From the IMG/VR virus record IMGVR_UViG_3300042904_000196, positions 1 to 64,000 of that record: a stretch of DNA of 64,000 nt; one strand, written 5' to 3'. Below are positions 1 to 10,160 of the stretch, piece by piece (position 1 is the first letter of the stretch; each line of letters starts with the position of its first letter). Source of the DNA: a virus. The notes under the pieces are model-generated. The model was not told the origin of the DNA, did not search any database, and worked only from the letters and a program-made list of their open reading frames with translations. The position numbers and the translations under genes are program-made.

Positions 1-2
1 CT

Positions 3-1097
3 GAAGCACGTATCCGTCAACGATTACCTGATGGTACGCTAACGTCGAACACGACATTTACCTTTACGAATGCTATAGACCATACTGTTCAACTCCAGTG
101 GAAAGAAAATCATGACTCTGTTCTAAGTGTCGATGGAACAGCTATCGCAACGAATGCGGCAGCTACATCTGACATGAGCAGAATCATCACGCAGAAATTC
201 CAGTTGTACCTTGACCAATATGGCGATGTTGATACCAGAATCTTTCGTGACATTCTCATTGTTCAGGCTGACCAGCCAGTTCTTACGGCTCCCACGATAG
301 CCTCAAACGGAACAACCCTAACGGCTACATTGTCGGAATCGGGTTGTACGGTCTACAACGAGGCCGGTGTCACGATCTACTCAGGTAGCTCTGGTACGAT
401 AAATGATGCCTCAATCTCTGGCACAACGCTCACGGCAACTACGGGCACGCAATGGTATCAGGGCGAAACCATCTATATTTCGTTTTCTGCTGGTGCCTTG
501 AAAGACAGTGACGGGAATGACTTCCCGGCAATGATCTTTTTGGTTACGAATAATTCGACTCAAACGAATTCCGTCACTTTAGCAAATGGTACATTTGCTC
601 TGACCGGTAATGCTGTACTACAGCAAAGGTCTGTACCGCTGAGTGATGGCTCCTATGCTTTGACAGGTAACACTGTCATACGTCAAAGGTCTAACACACT
701 TGGTAATGGTTCCTTTGCTCTAACCGGCAACGCTGTTCTGAAGTCGCGAGTCATATCATTGAGTGCAGGCTCTTATGTCCTAACAGGTAACACTGTTTTA
801 AGGTCAATCAGAAAGCCTCTAGCAACTGGCTCCTACACATTAACCGGTAACACGGTTAATGTGCCTTATGGTAGTACCGTTGCTTTGAATACCGAATCAT
901 TTGTCTTATCAGGATTGCCTGTTAAGTTGCGGCGTAAAAGTGTTTGTGCTTCAGGATCGTTTGCCTTAACCGGTAACGCTATCCTACGGCAAAGGAACGC
1001 TGTTGCTGCAAGCGGAACGTTTGCCTTAACCGGCAATGCTTTAACGTATGCTGGCGAATTAACTCGTGGTGGTGGCATGTGTCTTTTCTTGGAGTGA
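3..1097 (+). CDS. 5'-truncated virion/fibre-like protein with ~19-aa GS(Y/F)xLTGN repeats
   Basis: The frame of ORF 174..1097 is open back to position 3 with no stop, so the gene starts outside the window. The C-terminal half carries ~9 xG(S/T)(F/Y)ALTGN repeats like those in 2469..5807. Confidence 0.7.
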   Translation, partial: EARIRQRLPDGTLTSNTTFTFTNAIDHTVQLQWKENHDSVLSVDGTAIATNAAATSDMSRIITQKFQLYLDQYGDVDTRIFRDILIVQADQPVLTAPTIASNGTTLTATLSESGCTVYNEAGVTIYSGSSGTINDASISGTTLTATTGTQWYQGETIYISFSAGALKDSDGNDFPAMIFLVTNNSTQTNSVTLANGTFALTGNAVLQQRSVPLSDGSYALTGNTVIRQRSNTLGNGSFALTGNAVLKSRVISLSAGSYVLTGNTVLRSIRKPLATGSYTLTGNTVNVPYGSTVALNTESFVLSGLPVKLRRKSVCASGSFALTGNAILRQRNAVAASGTFALTGNALTYAGELTRGGGMCLFLE

Positions 1098-1099
1098 AA

Positions 1100-1606
1100 A
1101 TGCTAATAACGCTTGATCTGGTAGCAATGACCGCTCTAAGAAAAGAACTCACCCGTCTTTCAACGGCTGGTGGTGTTCTGCTCAAGGAGCAGGCGTCTGT
1201 TGACTATCAAAAGACTCAGGACTTCATGGCTATCTTGCTTAAAGTCAACGATATGGCACGAACCCTGATTCCGCAACCAGCAATGGAAGGGGTAGCTTTT
1301 AAGGTTACACTTACTGCTAATGCTACGGATGGCTTGCCTACGGCCATCAAAATGAGAACCGAGTTTTCGGGACGACCTGACTTTTTGCTCGAAGCAAGCC
1401 TACCGGAGGGAGCACCAAGTAGAGGTCTGTGTGAAGACTTTGTTTTGCGTGGCATCGCTGCTGCTTACCCGGCATTCAATATTGCTGACGTTAATCAGGA
1501 CGGTATTGTAGACGCACTCGATTTGAATATTGTGGTGTCACATTGGCAAGAAGGCACTGTGGACCCCGCCAACACTCTGGTTCTGATTCCGGAATCAACG
1601 TCATGA
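1100..1606 (+). CDS. hypothetical virion-module protein with a C-terminal dockerin/EF-hand-like loop
   Basis: ATG at 1100 follows GGAG just after the upstream stop. DVNQDGIVDALDLNIVVSHW matches the DxNxDGxVDxxD Ca-binding dockerin-type loop. Confidence 0.6.
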   Translation: MLITLDLVAMTALRKELTRLSTAGGVLLKEQASVDYQKTQDFMAILLKVNDMARTLIPQPAMEGVAFKVTLTANATDGLPTAIKMRTEFSGRPDFLLEASLPEGAPSRGLCEDFVLRGIAAAYPAFNIADVNQDGIVDALDLNIVVSHWQEGTVDPANTLVLIPESTS

Positions 1607-1693
1607 TTATTGTCGTGTCTGTCGGTGTCCCTCTGTCCTATGCACTTTCTATTGCAAGGATTGGTGACACCCTGCGTCTTTTGGAAGGTGTCT

Positions 1694-1996
1694 ATGAATG
1701 CTAAGCAATATGGCACGATTTCTGATGCCTACAGAATCGTAGCCATCACGGTAACAACGACCGCCACCACGCTAATCAGTTTGCTGAGAACTGCCTCGGC
1801 ACAATTTGCGTTGGGACGTATCGTTAAGGTTAGGCTGAACCCTGCGGCCGGTGTCAGCATCGGCGATGGTCACAATAGTGCTTTCATGCTTTTTAGCACA
1901 GCACTTACCATCGAGTCGCTTGGTGTCGAAGAAGTTTTGCTGAAGTGTGCTGCGGGTACTGTTGTCGTTAATGTCGAAATCTTCACTCAGGAGTAA
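1694..1996 (+). CDS. hypothetical virion-module protein
   Basis: ATG at 1694 preceded by GGAAGG, in frame with ORF 1610..1996. Confidence 0.6.
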   Translation: MNAKQYGTISDAYRIVAITVTTTATTLISLLRTASAQFALGRIVKVRLNPAAGVSIGDGHNSAFMLFSTALTIESLGVEEVLLKCAAGTVVVNVEIFTQE

Positions 1997-2001
1997 TTTG
2001 A

Positions 2002-2418
2002 ATGGCTGCTTTTACGAAATTCCAGAAGTTTGTGGAAGACCTTGCTGAAAAGGTCCACAACCTTGGCTCCGATACGTTGACGGTTGCTCTTTGTGCTGCC
2101 GCCAACGCTCCCGTTGCCACGAACAGCGTGCTGACTGACCTGACTCAGATCAGCTACACGAATCTTTCGTCCCGTGCTTTGACGATTGCAAGCTCGGCCC
2201 ACACTACGGGCACCTATAAGCTGACGGTCAACGATCTGACCCTTACGGCTTCGGGTGGTGCGGTTGCTACGTTCAGGTATGTGGTCATTTATAATGACAC
2301 GGCTGCCAGTGACCAGTTGATCTGTTTCTTCGATCTTGGCCAAGACATCACGTTGGCGAACGGCGAAAGCATTACACTTGACTTTGACGGCTCGGCAGGC
2401 TTACTTACTCTGGCTTAA
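2002..2418 (+). CDS. small virion structural protein (beta-rich)
   Basis: AGGAG RBS; Ala/Thr-rich beta-type sequence (KVHNLGSDTLTVAL...RYVVIYNDT...ITLANGESITLDF); sits before a fibre-like gene. Confidence 0.65.
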   Translation: MAAFTKFQKFVEDLAEKVHNLGSDTLTVALCAAANAPVATNSVLTDLTQISYTNLSSRALTIASSAHTTGTYKLTVNDLTLTASGGAVATFRYVVIYNDTAASDQLICFFDLGQDITLANGESITLDFDGSAGLLTLA

Positions 2419-2468
2419 TCAGAGGGGCCGCCCTAGGCCCCTTTTGATTCTAGAATCAGGAGTAAGCT

Positions 2469-5400
2469 ATGAGTGCAACAACCGTAACCTATAACTCTAG
2501 TGGCTCAGTCCAGTCTGGCACAGTGCCTGCGTGGGCCACAGAGTTATTCGTTGAGATTCTTGGCCCCGGCTGTGCTGGCGGTAGCGGTAGCTCTGGTGGT
2601 GGTAGCCGTGGCGGTGGCGGTGGTGCTGCTGGTACGTACCTTGCTCGTCTTTTGACACTCACGGCAAGTAGCACATACTATTGTAATGTTCCGGCTGGTG
2701 GTGCTGCTGGTGCCGTGAATACCAATGGTGGTATCCCTGCTAGTCCAGCATGGTTCAATACGTCGAACACGGCACCCGGCTATAATACCGATCCAACGAA
2801 CAATTTGGCCTGCCACGCCGATACAAATGGTGGTGGCCGCTCCGGAACAAACAGCGGTACAGGTGGAACTGGTCCTATATCGTCTGCTGTTACAACCATT
2901 ATTAACGACGGTAACGGAATCGTTCGGCACGGCGTGAATGGACAAACCCGACCGGCAAACACTCAAGGTGGTGCTGGTGGTTCAGGTGCTGGTCACGGTG
3001 GAGATGGCCTAACTGGAACATCAGGCACGGGCGTCGGTCCTGCCGGTGGTTTCATTGGTGCTGGAACCTTACAGGGTGGTGCAGGTGGTAGCGGTGGGGC
3101 CTCTGGTGTCGGTGGTAGTGCAGGCAACTTACCTTGTGCTGGTGGTGGTGCTGGTGGTGCTGCTGGCGGTCTTGGTGCGGCCGGTGCTAACGGTCGAATC
3201 TACGTCCACTACGAAAATGAACTTGCGTCCAATCGTGTCAGTTACCTTGCAAGTGGGACAGGTGCTAATGGAGCAGGTACATCGACAAGTGCATCTCTTG
3301 CTGTAACAGCAGGTAAATTCATTCTTGTTACGGTTTTTGCTAGGTTGTACAACTCAACAGGGACTCCTGTTGTCGGGACAATAAGCTGTTCCGATGGCGT
3401 GAATTCGTATACCGCTGAAACTCAAGTTGCGATTGTTTCAGGAACGACTCCATCATATAGTGTACGTACTTTTTGGGCTTTTGCTGCATCCACAACCACG
3501 TTGACGATTAGCGTTGACCATAATGGCTCCACATACAATCAAACTGCCCACACAACGGTTAGTGCCTACACATTCGATAATGTCCATGCCACGACACCGA
3601 TTCGCAACTCAGACCACACATTCGGTTCGGAAAGTACCCCAACAGATAATGCCGCCATTGATGGCGACATGTTGGTTCTGAACATTTTGAATCAAACTGC
3701 TACTGATGGTGCACGTTTCAAATTCCCGGCCAAGAAAACGAGCCTACGTTCTGCCTACCAAAATGTTACAGAAGATGGCACAGAACAAATCCGTTATGTA
3801 GACGGTAACACTGCTCCGAACGCATATGCCGGTGTATATGTTCTGACCCTTCAACCCGCAACGGCTGGTGCGTCCAATGAACCTATGGACCCCGGATCGT
3901 ACACCCTGACCGGCAACGCCATGATTCGGCAACGGTCTGTGGTGCTATCTGCAGGTTCCTTTGCTCTCACTGGTAACGCTGTATCAGCCATTCGCTCGTA
4001 CGCTTTGAGTGCTGGCTCCTTTGCTCTAACTGGTAATGCTCTACTCCTGCAACGGAGTGTTGTAGCCGTAAGCGGAGCCTATACACTTAGTGGCAACACG
4101 CTGCTTAGGGCGTACAGTACGCCGCACACAGCCGGTAGCTACACGCTAACCGGCAACAGTTTGCTAATCAGTCGCTCATCGACGCTGGCTGTTGGTACGT
4201 ATGCCTTAACAGGTAACGCATTATTAACTAGTCGCTCAGTTTTGCTTAGTGCTGGCTCCTTTACCTTAACAGGTAACGATGTCAGTGCCGTGCAAACCAT
4301 TCCAATGGTCGCTGGCAGTTACACTCTAACAGGTAACAGTCTGCTGGTCAGCCGATCTAGCAAGATTGATTCCGGAATCTTTACCCTAACCGGTAGTGAT
4401 TTGTCCCGAAGCTTGAGTAGGGTTTTCGCTGCAGGCTCCTATGTTCTGACAGGCAACACACTTGCAACGATCCGTGGACTACCGCTTAGTGCCGGTTCGT
4501 TTGCTCTTAGTGGCGGTGCATTAAGCCTTAAGATTCCACTCAGTGCCGGTTCCTACGTTCTCACGGGTAACGATTTAAGCGTCGGACAGACTGCCCCGAT
4601 GGACGCTGGAAGCTATACCCTGAGTGGTAGTACCTTACTGGTCAGCCGAAGCAGCAAAATTGATTCCGGAATCTTTACCCTAACCGGTAACGATTTGCAT
4701 AGGAATCTTAGTAGAGTATTTGCCTCGGGCTCCTATAGCCTTACAGGTAATACTCTGCTGGCTGCTCGCAGTGTGCCACAAGGCAGTGGCAGCTATGCTC
4801 TTACCGGCAACACGCTGCTTAGTCAGCGAAGTGTCGTACTAAGTGCTGGCTCCTTTGTCTTGACGGGTAACACGCTCAATGCCATCCGAAGCTATCCTCT
4901 TGAAAGTGGCTCTTATGCTTTGAGTGGCATAGCCTTAACGTTGCAACGTAGTGTGGTGCTTGCCTCCGGGTCATTTGTTCTTGCCGGTGGCGACCTTGAA
5001 CTTCTTGAAAGTGGCGTCCATGCCCTCGACGGTGGTTCCTTTGTTTTAAGTGGCAACAATCTAAGCCTCCAACGCACCAAGCTAATTGGTGCTGGCTCAT
5101 ATTCCCTAACCGGGAATCCTGTTTTGTTGCTACGCTCCGTTGCTCTGACATCTGGTAGTTTTGCTGTATCCGGTAATGCCCTCAATGTGACCACCTCAAA
5201 GGTGTGTAACACAGGCTCATACATCATGAGCGGTAACGCTCTGGTGTCGCAACGTGTGGTGGTCTTGGGCACCGGTAGTTACACGCTTACCGGCAACGCT
5301 ATGGACTTCCAAGCTGCCGGTAACGAAACTTTGGCCGCTGGCACGTTTGCTCTCACGGGCAATCCGCTGCTAAGCCAACGGACCGTGCTACTTAGTGCAG

Positions 5401-5807
5401 GCTCCTTTGCACTCACTGGTAACGCTGTATCGGCCATTCGCTCGTATACAATGAGTGCTGGCTCCTACACCTTAACCGGTAACGATCTGCTTAGGTCGTT
5501 CACTAAGGCCATCAGTGTTGGCAGTTACAGTCTAAACGGCAATGCTGTCGTTAAGCAATTGATCCTGCCGCTGAACGTCGGCAGTTATCTGTTGACAGGT
5601 TTCGACATGGTTGGTCAAACCACCCTTAGGTTTGATCTTGATTCCGGAATCTTTTCATTTACTGGTAGTCCCCTGCTAGTTCAACAGCAAAAGATTCTAA
5701 GTGCTGGCTCCTATGTTCTTAATGGGACCGGTGCGGATTTGATTGTATCTTCTAGTGTGTTGATTAGAATGCAATACTACAAGCGAAGACGGAGTGTAAA
5801 TGCTTGA
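2469..5807 (+). CDS. large fibre/adhesin-like virion protein: Gly-rich N-terminus plus ~30 tandem ~19-aa repeats
   Basis: Gly-rich aa 30-245, a beta-rich middle domain, then repeated xGS(Y/F)xL(T/S)GNxL from aa ~470 to the end. Confidence 0.75.
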   Translation: MSATTVTYNSSGSVQSGTVPAWATELFVEILGPGCAGGSGSSGGGSRGGGGGAAGTYLARLLTLTASSTYYCNVPAGGAAGAVNTNGGIPASPAWFNTSNTAPGYNTDPTNNLACHADTNGGGRSGTNSGTGGTGPISSAVTTIINDGNGIVRHGVNGQTRPANTQGGAGGSGAGHGGDGLTGTSGTGVGPAGGFIGAGTLQGGAGGSGGASGVGGSAGNLPCAGGGAGGAAGGLGAAGANGRIYVHYENELASNRVSYLASGTGANGAGTSTSASLAVTAGKFILVTVFARLYNSTGTPVVGTISCSDGVNSYTAETQVAIVSGTTPSYSVRTFWAFAASTTTLTISVDHNGSTYNQTAHTTVSAYTFDNVHATTPIRNSDHTFGSESTPTDNAAIDGDMLVLNILNQTATDGARFKFPAKKTSLRSAYQNVTEDGTEQIRYVDGNTAPNAYAGVYVLTLQPATAGASNEPMDPGSYTLTGNAMIRQRSVVLSAGSFALTGNAVSAIRSYALSAGSFALTGNALLLQRSVVAVSGAYTLSGNTLLRAYSTPHTAGSYTLTGNSLLISRSSTLAVGTYALTGNALLTSRSVLLSAGSFTLTGNDVSAVQTIPMVAGSYTLTGNSLLVSRSSKIDSGIFTLTGSDLSRSLSRVFAAGSYVLTGNTLATIRGLPLSAGSFALSGGALSLKIPLSAGSYVLTGNDLSVGQTAPMDAGSYTLSGSTLLVSRSSKIDSGIFTLTGNDLHRNLSRVFASGSYSLTGNTLLAARSVPQGSGSYALTGNTLLSQRSVVLSAGSFVLTGNTLNAIRSYPLESGSYALSGIALTLQRSVVLASGSFVLAGGDLELLESGVHALDGGSFVLSGNNLSLQRTKLIGAGSYSLTGNPVLLLRSVALTSGSFAVSGNALNVTTSKVCNTGSYIMSGNALVSQRVVVLGTGSYTLTGNAMDFQAAGNETLAAGTFALTGNPLLSQRTVLLSAGSFALTGNAVSAIRSYTMSAGSYTLTGNDLLRSFTKAISVGSYSLNGNAVVKQLILPLNVGSYLLTGFDMVGQTTLRFDLDSGIFSFTGSPLLVQQQKILSAGSYVLNGTGADLIVSSSVLIRMQYYKRRRSVNA

Positions 5808-6612
5808 CCTAAAAATCTCCGTTGAGGCACAAGTTGTTGTCGGACCATTTATCTCTTCGACAGATGGTAAGACTCTTCTATGTACTGAAAACGGAAGCGC
5901 TTTGACCTCTCAAAGCGGGACGCTAATTAAGAATGGCAGTTATGCAGCTTTCACTCCTACGTCGTGGGTAGAAATCGGTACAAGTACCGGTATGTACAAT
6001 GTAGGATTGGCAGCTACCGACACTGATACGCTTGGCACGCTACAGTTGGAATTCAGCGAATCTGGCTACCTGTCAGTGTGGCAGAACTTCAACGTTGTGA
6101 CCCTTGCGTACTACAATCTGAAGTATACAACGATCCTTGCTCAACAGTCCGTTGGCAATATCTATGAATCGACGACATATGCTGATGTCGTCTTTGCTTC
6201 GCTTTACTTTGAGAGTAGACTGCATACTACAGCTTGGGACGAAGCCTCCCCGGAGGATAGGTCAAAAGCCTTGTCGATGGCAACTCGTCACATTGACAGA
6301 CTTTCCTTCACAGGTTGCAAAACCGATGAAGACCAAGCAAATGAATTTCCACGCGATGATGAGGTTACACCCGAAGATATCCGCATTGCTTGTTGCGAAG
6401 AGGCGTTAGCCATCCTCGATGGCGTTGACGTTGATCGTGAACTCGAAAATGCTGGAGTTATATCGGAGGGGTTTTCAGGAGTGCGGACTACCTACGACCG
6501 CACTTCGGTTCCGGAACATATTGGAAACGGTATTGCATCTGCCTCCGCTTGGAGGTACTTGAAACCGTATCTGAGAGATTCCAAGAGCTTAACAATCAGT
6601 AGGGTTTCCTAA
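5800..6612 (+). CDS. head-tail adaptor-like protein (C-terminal 'DnaT-like' phage domain)
   Basis: YADVVFASLYF...W...KALSMATRHID.L.F.G...Q..EFPR...PEDIRIACCEEAL pattern is typical of this head-module family. Confidence 0.6.
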   Translation: MLDLKISVEAQVVVGPFISSTDGKTLLCTENGSALTSQSGTLIKNGSYAAFTPTSWVEIGTSTGMYNVGLAATDTDTLGTLQLEFSESGYLSVWQNFNVVTLAYYNLKYTTILAQQSVGNIYESTTYADVVFASLYFESRLHTTAWDEASPEDRSKALSMATRHIDRLSFTGCKTDEDQANEFPRDDEVTPEDIRIACCEEALAILDGVDVDRELENAGVISEGFSGVRTTYDRTSVPEHIGNGIASASAWRYLKPYLRDSKSLTISRVS

Positions 6613-6621
6613 GAGGTTCTA

Positions 6622-7386
6622 ATGAACACTTTGATTCCGGCATCAGACTACCATATGTTTGTCGCTTCCTACTTTGAAGATCCCCCTGTCGATCCGCCCG
6701 TCGATCCGCCCGTTACGAAGACATTCACACAGGACGATGTAAATAAGTTCCTTGCCGCCGAGAAACGCAAGTTTCAGTCGCAAGTGGACACTTTGCAGAA
6801 AGCTGTGACGGATGCCAAAGCAAAGGGTGAGAGTGCTGCGGCCCTCGAAGCGGAGCTTGAAACGATTCGTTCTACGCTTCGGACGAAGGAAGAACAGGCA
6901 GAGCATGATCGCACACACCTTGTTAATGAACACAAACAGAAGTTGGCTGATACCGAGAAGGAACGCGATACATGGAAGGCCATGTATACTGAATCGACCA
7001 TCGAACGGTCGCTACTCGACGCAGGCGTAGCGACTAAGGCACATTCTCCCACACAGATTGTGAAGATGCTGCGGAGTCAAACCGAGCTTAGTGAAGAGAT
7101 CGGCTCTGACGGGAAAAAGACTGGCAAGCTAGTGCCTATTGTCAAGATCGAACTTCCCGACAAAGAAGGTAAGGTTCAAGAACTTCGTCTCGATCCGAAA
7201 GCCGCTGTCAAGCGGATGTCTGAGCTTGAAGATTTTGCAAACCTGTTCACATCCCCCGCAACCGGCGGCGTGGGCGGCAGACCAAATAAGCCGGGGACCA
7301 AAACTGACCTCGCGGAGATTGCAAAAGACCCGAAGAAGTATCGGGAACTCCGTGCGGCCGGCAAACTCCCTTTCCAAGGAAAGTAA
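6622..7386 (+). CDS. capsid scaffolding protein
   Basis: DPPVDPPVDPPV then KTFTQDDVNK, a long coiled coil and a Gly-rich tail; directly upstream of the capsid gene. Confidence 0.75.
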   Translation: MNTLIPASDYHMFVASYFEDPPVDPPVDPPVTKTFTQDDVNKFLAAEKRKFQSQVDTLQKAVTDAKAKGESAAALEAELETIRSTLRTKEEQAEHDRTHLVNEHKQKLADTEKERDTWKAMYTESTIERSLLDAGVATKAHSPTQIVKMLRSQTELSEEIGSDGKKTGKLVPIVKIELPDKEGKVQELRLDPKAAVKRMSELEDFANLFTSPATGGVGGRPNKPGTKTDLAEIAKDPKKYRELRAAGKLPFQGK

Positions 7387-7387
7387 A

Positions 7388-8818
7388 ATGAAGGTTTTTC
7401 TTACCCCTGTTTCGCAGTATTTCTATGACGCCACCGAGAACACCAACACTGACGAGCCCCTGATTCCGGAACTTTGGAGTCAGGAAACTCTCGCGTTGCT
7501 GGAAGAGAACATGGTTCTCGGCAACCTCGTCCACCGTGATTTCGAGAACGAGTTCGCTCGTTTCGGCGAAATCGTGAACACGCGGCGTGTGAATGATTTT
7601 GACATCAAGCGTAAGATCGACGGTGAAAGCACCGCGAATCAGGACGCTGGCGTTGAGAACATTCCGGTTGCTCTGAATCAGCACGTGTACATCAAGTTCA
7701 CCATCCACGATGAAGAGTTGACCAAGAGCATGACGGACCTGATCCGTCTGCACCTCGCTCCGGCGGCTCTCGGTATGGCTCGCGGTATTGACCGTATCAT
7801 CGGTGGCCGCTTGGCCCAGTTCGCGATTAGCGAACAGATCGCTGGCAAGCTCGGTACGGCTCCCGATAAGAGCACCCTCTTGGCGGCACGTAACGTACTG
7901 AATAAGCGTGCGGTGCCGAGCAATGACCGTGCCATGCTGCTCACGCCTGATTCTGAAACCGATCTGCTTGAGCTTGAAGCCTTTACCAAGGTGAATGAGG
8001 CCGGTACGAATACCGCTCTCATTGAAGCCCTGCTTGGTCGCAAGTTCCAGTGGAACACTTACATGGGTCAGAACACCCCGTATGTGACCATCGGAACCGA
8101 TATTGCTTCCACGACCCTGACTGCGGCTGATGCGGCTGGTGCAACGGTCATTTCGGTGACCGCGGCTACGAGCATGACGGTTGGTGCGTTCCTCACTGTG
8201 GCGGGCGATATGACGCCGCAGATGATTACCGCTATCAGCACCCTTGACATCACCATCTACCCCGGCCTGAAGTCTGCCGTGTCGAATGGTGCGGCTGTCA
8301 CGACCTATGTGGCATACGCTGTCAATCAGGCTACGACCTCCACGGCGGCTGGTGGCACGGCCTCGGTTGCTGGTTACCGTGCTGGCTGGCACAAGGAAAT
8401 CATCTTCGATGGCGGCACCAAGGTGCCCGAAGTCGGTACCATTGTGACGTTCGGCATTGCTGCCAATACGGCTGATTTGGCTGCCGCTCTCGCGAAGTAC
8501 ATCGTGATTCAGGCTACCTCCACCACGATTCTTCTGGATCGTCCGCTGGAAGTCGCCATCGCCAATGATGCCAAGGTCAACTTCGGCCCCATTGGTCAGT
8601 ACAACTTCGGCTTCCGCCGCAATGCCCTTGCGTTGGTGTGCCGCCCTCTGCTGCTCCCCCGTACCCGAGTGATTTCGGGTTCGGCTTCGTACAACGGGCT
8701 CTCCCTGCGTACGATGATCGATTACGACTCCGATGTGCAGGCACACAAGGTCACCATTGACTGCTTGCTCGGTACGGCGGTTCTTGAAGAGAACGCCGGT
8801 ATCGTAATGCTTGGATAA
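7388..8818 (+). CDS. major capsid protein (HK97 fold, P22-coat-like, with inserted beta domain)
   Basis: ATG at 7388 follows AAGGA. Motifs IPELWSQETLALLEENMVLGNLVHRDFE, VPSNDR, FRRNALALVCRPL, IDCLLG; followed by a terminator. Confidence 0.85.
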   Translation: MKVFLTPVSQYFYDATENTNTDEPLIPELWSQETLALLEENMVLGNLVHRDFENEFARFGEIVNTRRVNDFDIKRKIDGESTANQDAGVENIPVALNQHVYIKFTIHDEELTKSMTDLIRLHLAPAALGMARGIDRIIGGRLAQFAISEQIAGKLGTAPDKSTLLAARNVLNKRAVPSNDRAMLLTPDSETDLLELEAFTKVNEAGTNTALIEALLGRKFQWNTYMGQNTPYVTIGTDIASTTLTAADAAGATVISVTAATSMTVGAFLTVAGDMTPQMITAISTLDITIYPGLKSAVSNGAAVTTYVAYAVNQATTSTAAGGTASVAGYRAGWHKEIIFDGGTKVPEVGTIVTFGIAANTADLAAALAKYIVIQATSTTILLDRPLEVAIANDAKVNFGPIGQYNFGFRRNALALVCRPLLLPRTRVISGSASYNGLSLRTMIDYDSDVQAHKVTIDCLLGTAVLEENAGIVMLG

Positions 8819-8830
8819 TCACTCCCTTGG

Positions 8831-8873
8831 CCGGGAGATTGGTTTTGATTTTGGAATCAATCTCCCGGTTTTT
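8831..8873 (+). terminator. intrinsic terminator after the capsid gene, with a palindrome variant in the loop
   Basis: CCGGGAGATT...AATCTCCCGG followed by TTTTT; the loop contains TGATTTTGGAATCA. Confidence 0.75.
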
Positions 8874-8884
8874 AGGAGGGCCTT

Positions 8885-9220
8885 ATGTTCAAAATCATCC
8901 GAGGTAAAATCGTTTTCACCCTTACTGTTGGTATGATAGCATCTGGTTTGACTGCTGGTGCGGGTTATGTTGGTACCCGAGGCTGGAACTGGCATAACGA
9001 AAAAGATGCCGCGGATGTTGAGACGAAGCAGTGGCAAGTGATTCGCGACCAACATATCATCGGTGTTAAGGACGAATTGACTGCTTTCAAAACAGGTGTC
9101 AAAAGCGATCTCAGCGAAATCAAAGCAGGTGTTAATCAGACTAATAGCCGTTTGGACCAGTTGATGATGCAGCTTATTGTGCCGCATCGTTTGGCTGACC
9201 ATCCGACTAGAGGAGACTAA
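8885..9220 (+). CDS. single-TM coiled-coil membrane protein (holin-like position/topology)
   Basis: AGGAGG RBS; N-terminal hydrophobic segment followed by a coiled coil. Confidence 0.55.
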   Translation: MFKIIRGKIVFTLTVGMIASGLTAGAGYVGTRGWNWHNEKDAADVETKQWQVIRDQHIIGVKDELTAFKTGVKSDLSEIKAGVNQTNSRLDQLMMQLIVPHRLADHPTRGD

Positions 9221-9221
9221 C

Positions 9222-9695
9222 GTGAACGGCCTTCGCTTTGTGCAGAACGTTCTCTACAAGCTGAAACAGAGATACGGTCTTGCGATTGATGTCTACAATG
9301 TTACTGCTACAACGGCAGAGACAGGGATAACGACGCGAACACTAGCGAAGGTGGCTGTAAAACGTGCCCTCGTCCTAGAGTCCGCAAACAATCAGAAAGT
9401 CGCCCACGACTTGGCTTTCAGCTTGGCAAAAGTTATGGGTGGTCTGTTAGACATCTCTGATCGACGATTCATCGTAGATCGCAAGGATCTTGGTGCCTTT
9501 ATTATAGTGCCTGCTACCACGTATATTGTTTTTAAGCAACGAAAGTTTGAAGTCAAAGAAATCTCTGAGATTGAAAACTCTTCGTGCTTCAGTGTTGTGG
9601 CTCGCGAAACCAAGAATGAACCCTTCGGGCAGATTTTTGATTTCAGAATCACTCATGTCATTAGCTTGAATCAGGAGGTAGCAAATGAGTCCTGA
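9222..9695 (+). CDS. probable head-closure/neck protein
   Basis: GTG at 9222 after AGGAG; size, beta-rich sequence and position between capsid and tail tube. Confidence 0.55.
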   Translation: MNGLRFVQNVLYKLKQRYGLAIDVYNVTATTAETGITTRTLAKVAVKRALVLESANNQKVAHDLAFSLAKVMGGLLDISDRRFIVDRKDLGAFIIVPATTYIVFKQRKFEVKEISEIENSSCFSVVARETKNEPFGQIFDFRITHVISLNQEVANES

Positions 9696-10149
9696 TTGGG
9701 CACGTTGGGTGTATGCTTCCATAGTTAAGTATTACAAAGCTGTTTCGCAAGAGATTGGTGTTCCCCTCTATGTTGAGGGTAACGATCAATTCACTTCGAC
9801 GCTTCAGGAATACTTTGAACTGCGGATATCGGGTCCTAATGTGAAAGCACAGAGCAAAGGCGATTATCTACTTCACGTAGACATCAACCTGCTTGTTAGT
9901 GTTTCAAAATCAATTCCAAACTCGTTCAGGGTTCATGAAATTGGTGGCCTGCTACAATCCAAAGTGGTTGACATCCCGGTCTACATGATCGGCTCTGATG
10001 AAGACGACGATGGTGAAACGCTTGTTTTCTGTTTGAAATTACGGCAAGAGTATCCTATCAAATGGGTATACCTAGGACGCACAGAGTCTGCCACGGGTGT
10101 CTTGCAAGGTGTTGTTGATAGTCGTTATAAGTCCGAGGTTTCAACGTAA
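9685..10149 (+). CDS. probable tail terminator/completion protein
   Basis: AGGAGG RBS; 154 aa; directly before the tail tube gene. Confidence 0.55.
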   Translation: MSPDWARWVYASIVKYYKAVSQEIGVPLYVEGNDQFTSTLQEYFELRISGPNVKAQSKGDYLLHVDINLLVSVSKSIPNSFRVHEIGGLLQSKVVDIPVYMIGSDEDDDGETLVFCLKLRQEYPIKWVYLGRTESATGVLQGVVDSRYKSEVST

Positions 10150-10160
10150 AGGGGCCTTAA

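Noticed and set aside
2469-5807. Diversity-generating retroelement (TR/VR) in the repeat gene
   Set aside because: No reverse transcriptase in the window, and repeat differences are not adenine-specific.
7139-7387. N-terminal 83 aa of the capsid ORF as given in the track
   Set aside because: It overlaps the scaffold gene; ATG 7388 with an RBS is the better start.
7247-8746. 499-aa minus-strand ORF antisense to the capsid gene
   Set aside because: It is a shadow ORF of a strongly biased coding strand with no recognisable motifs.
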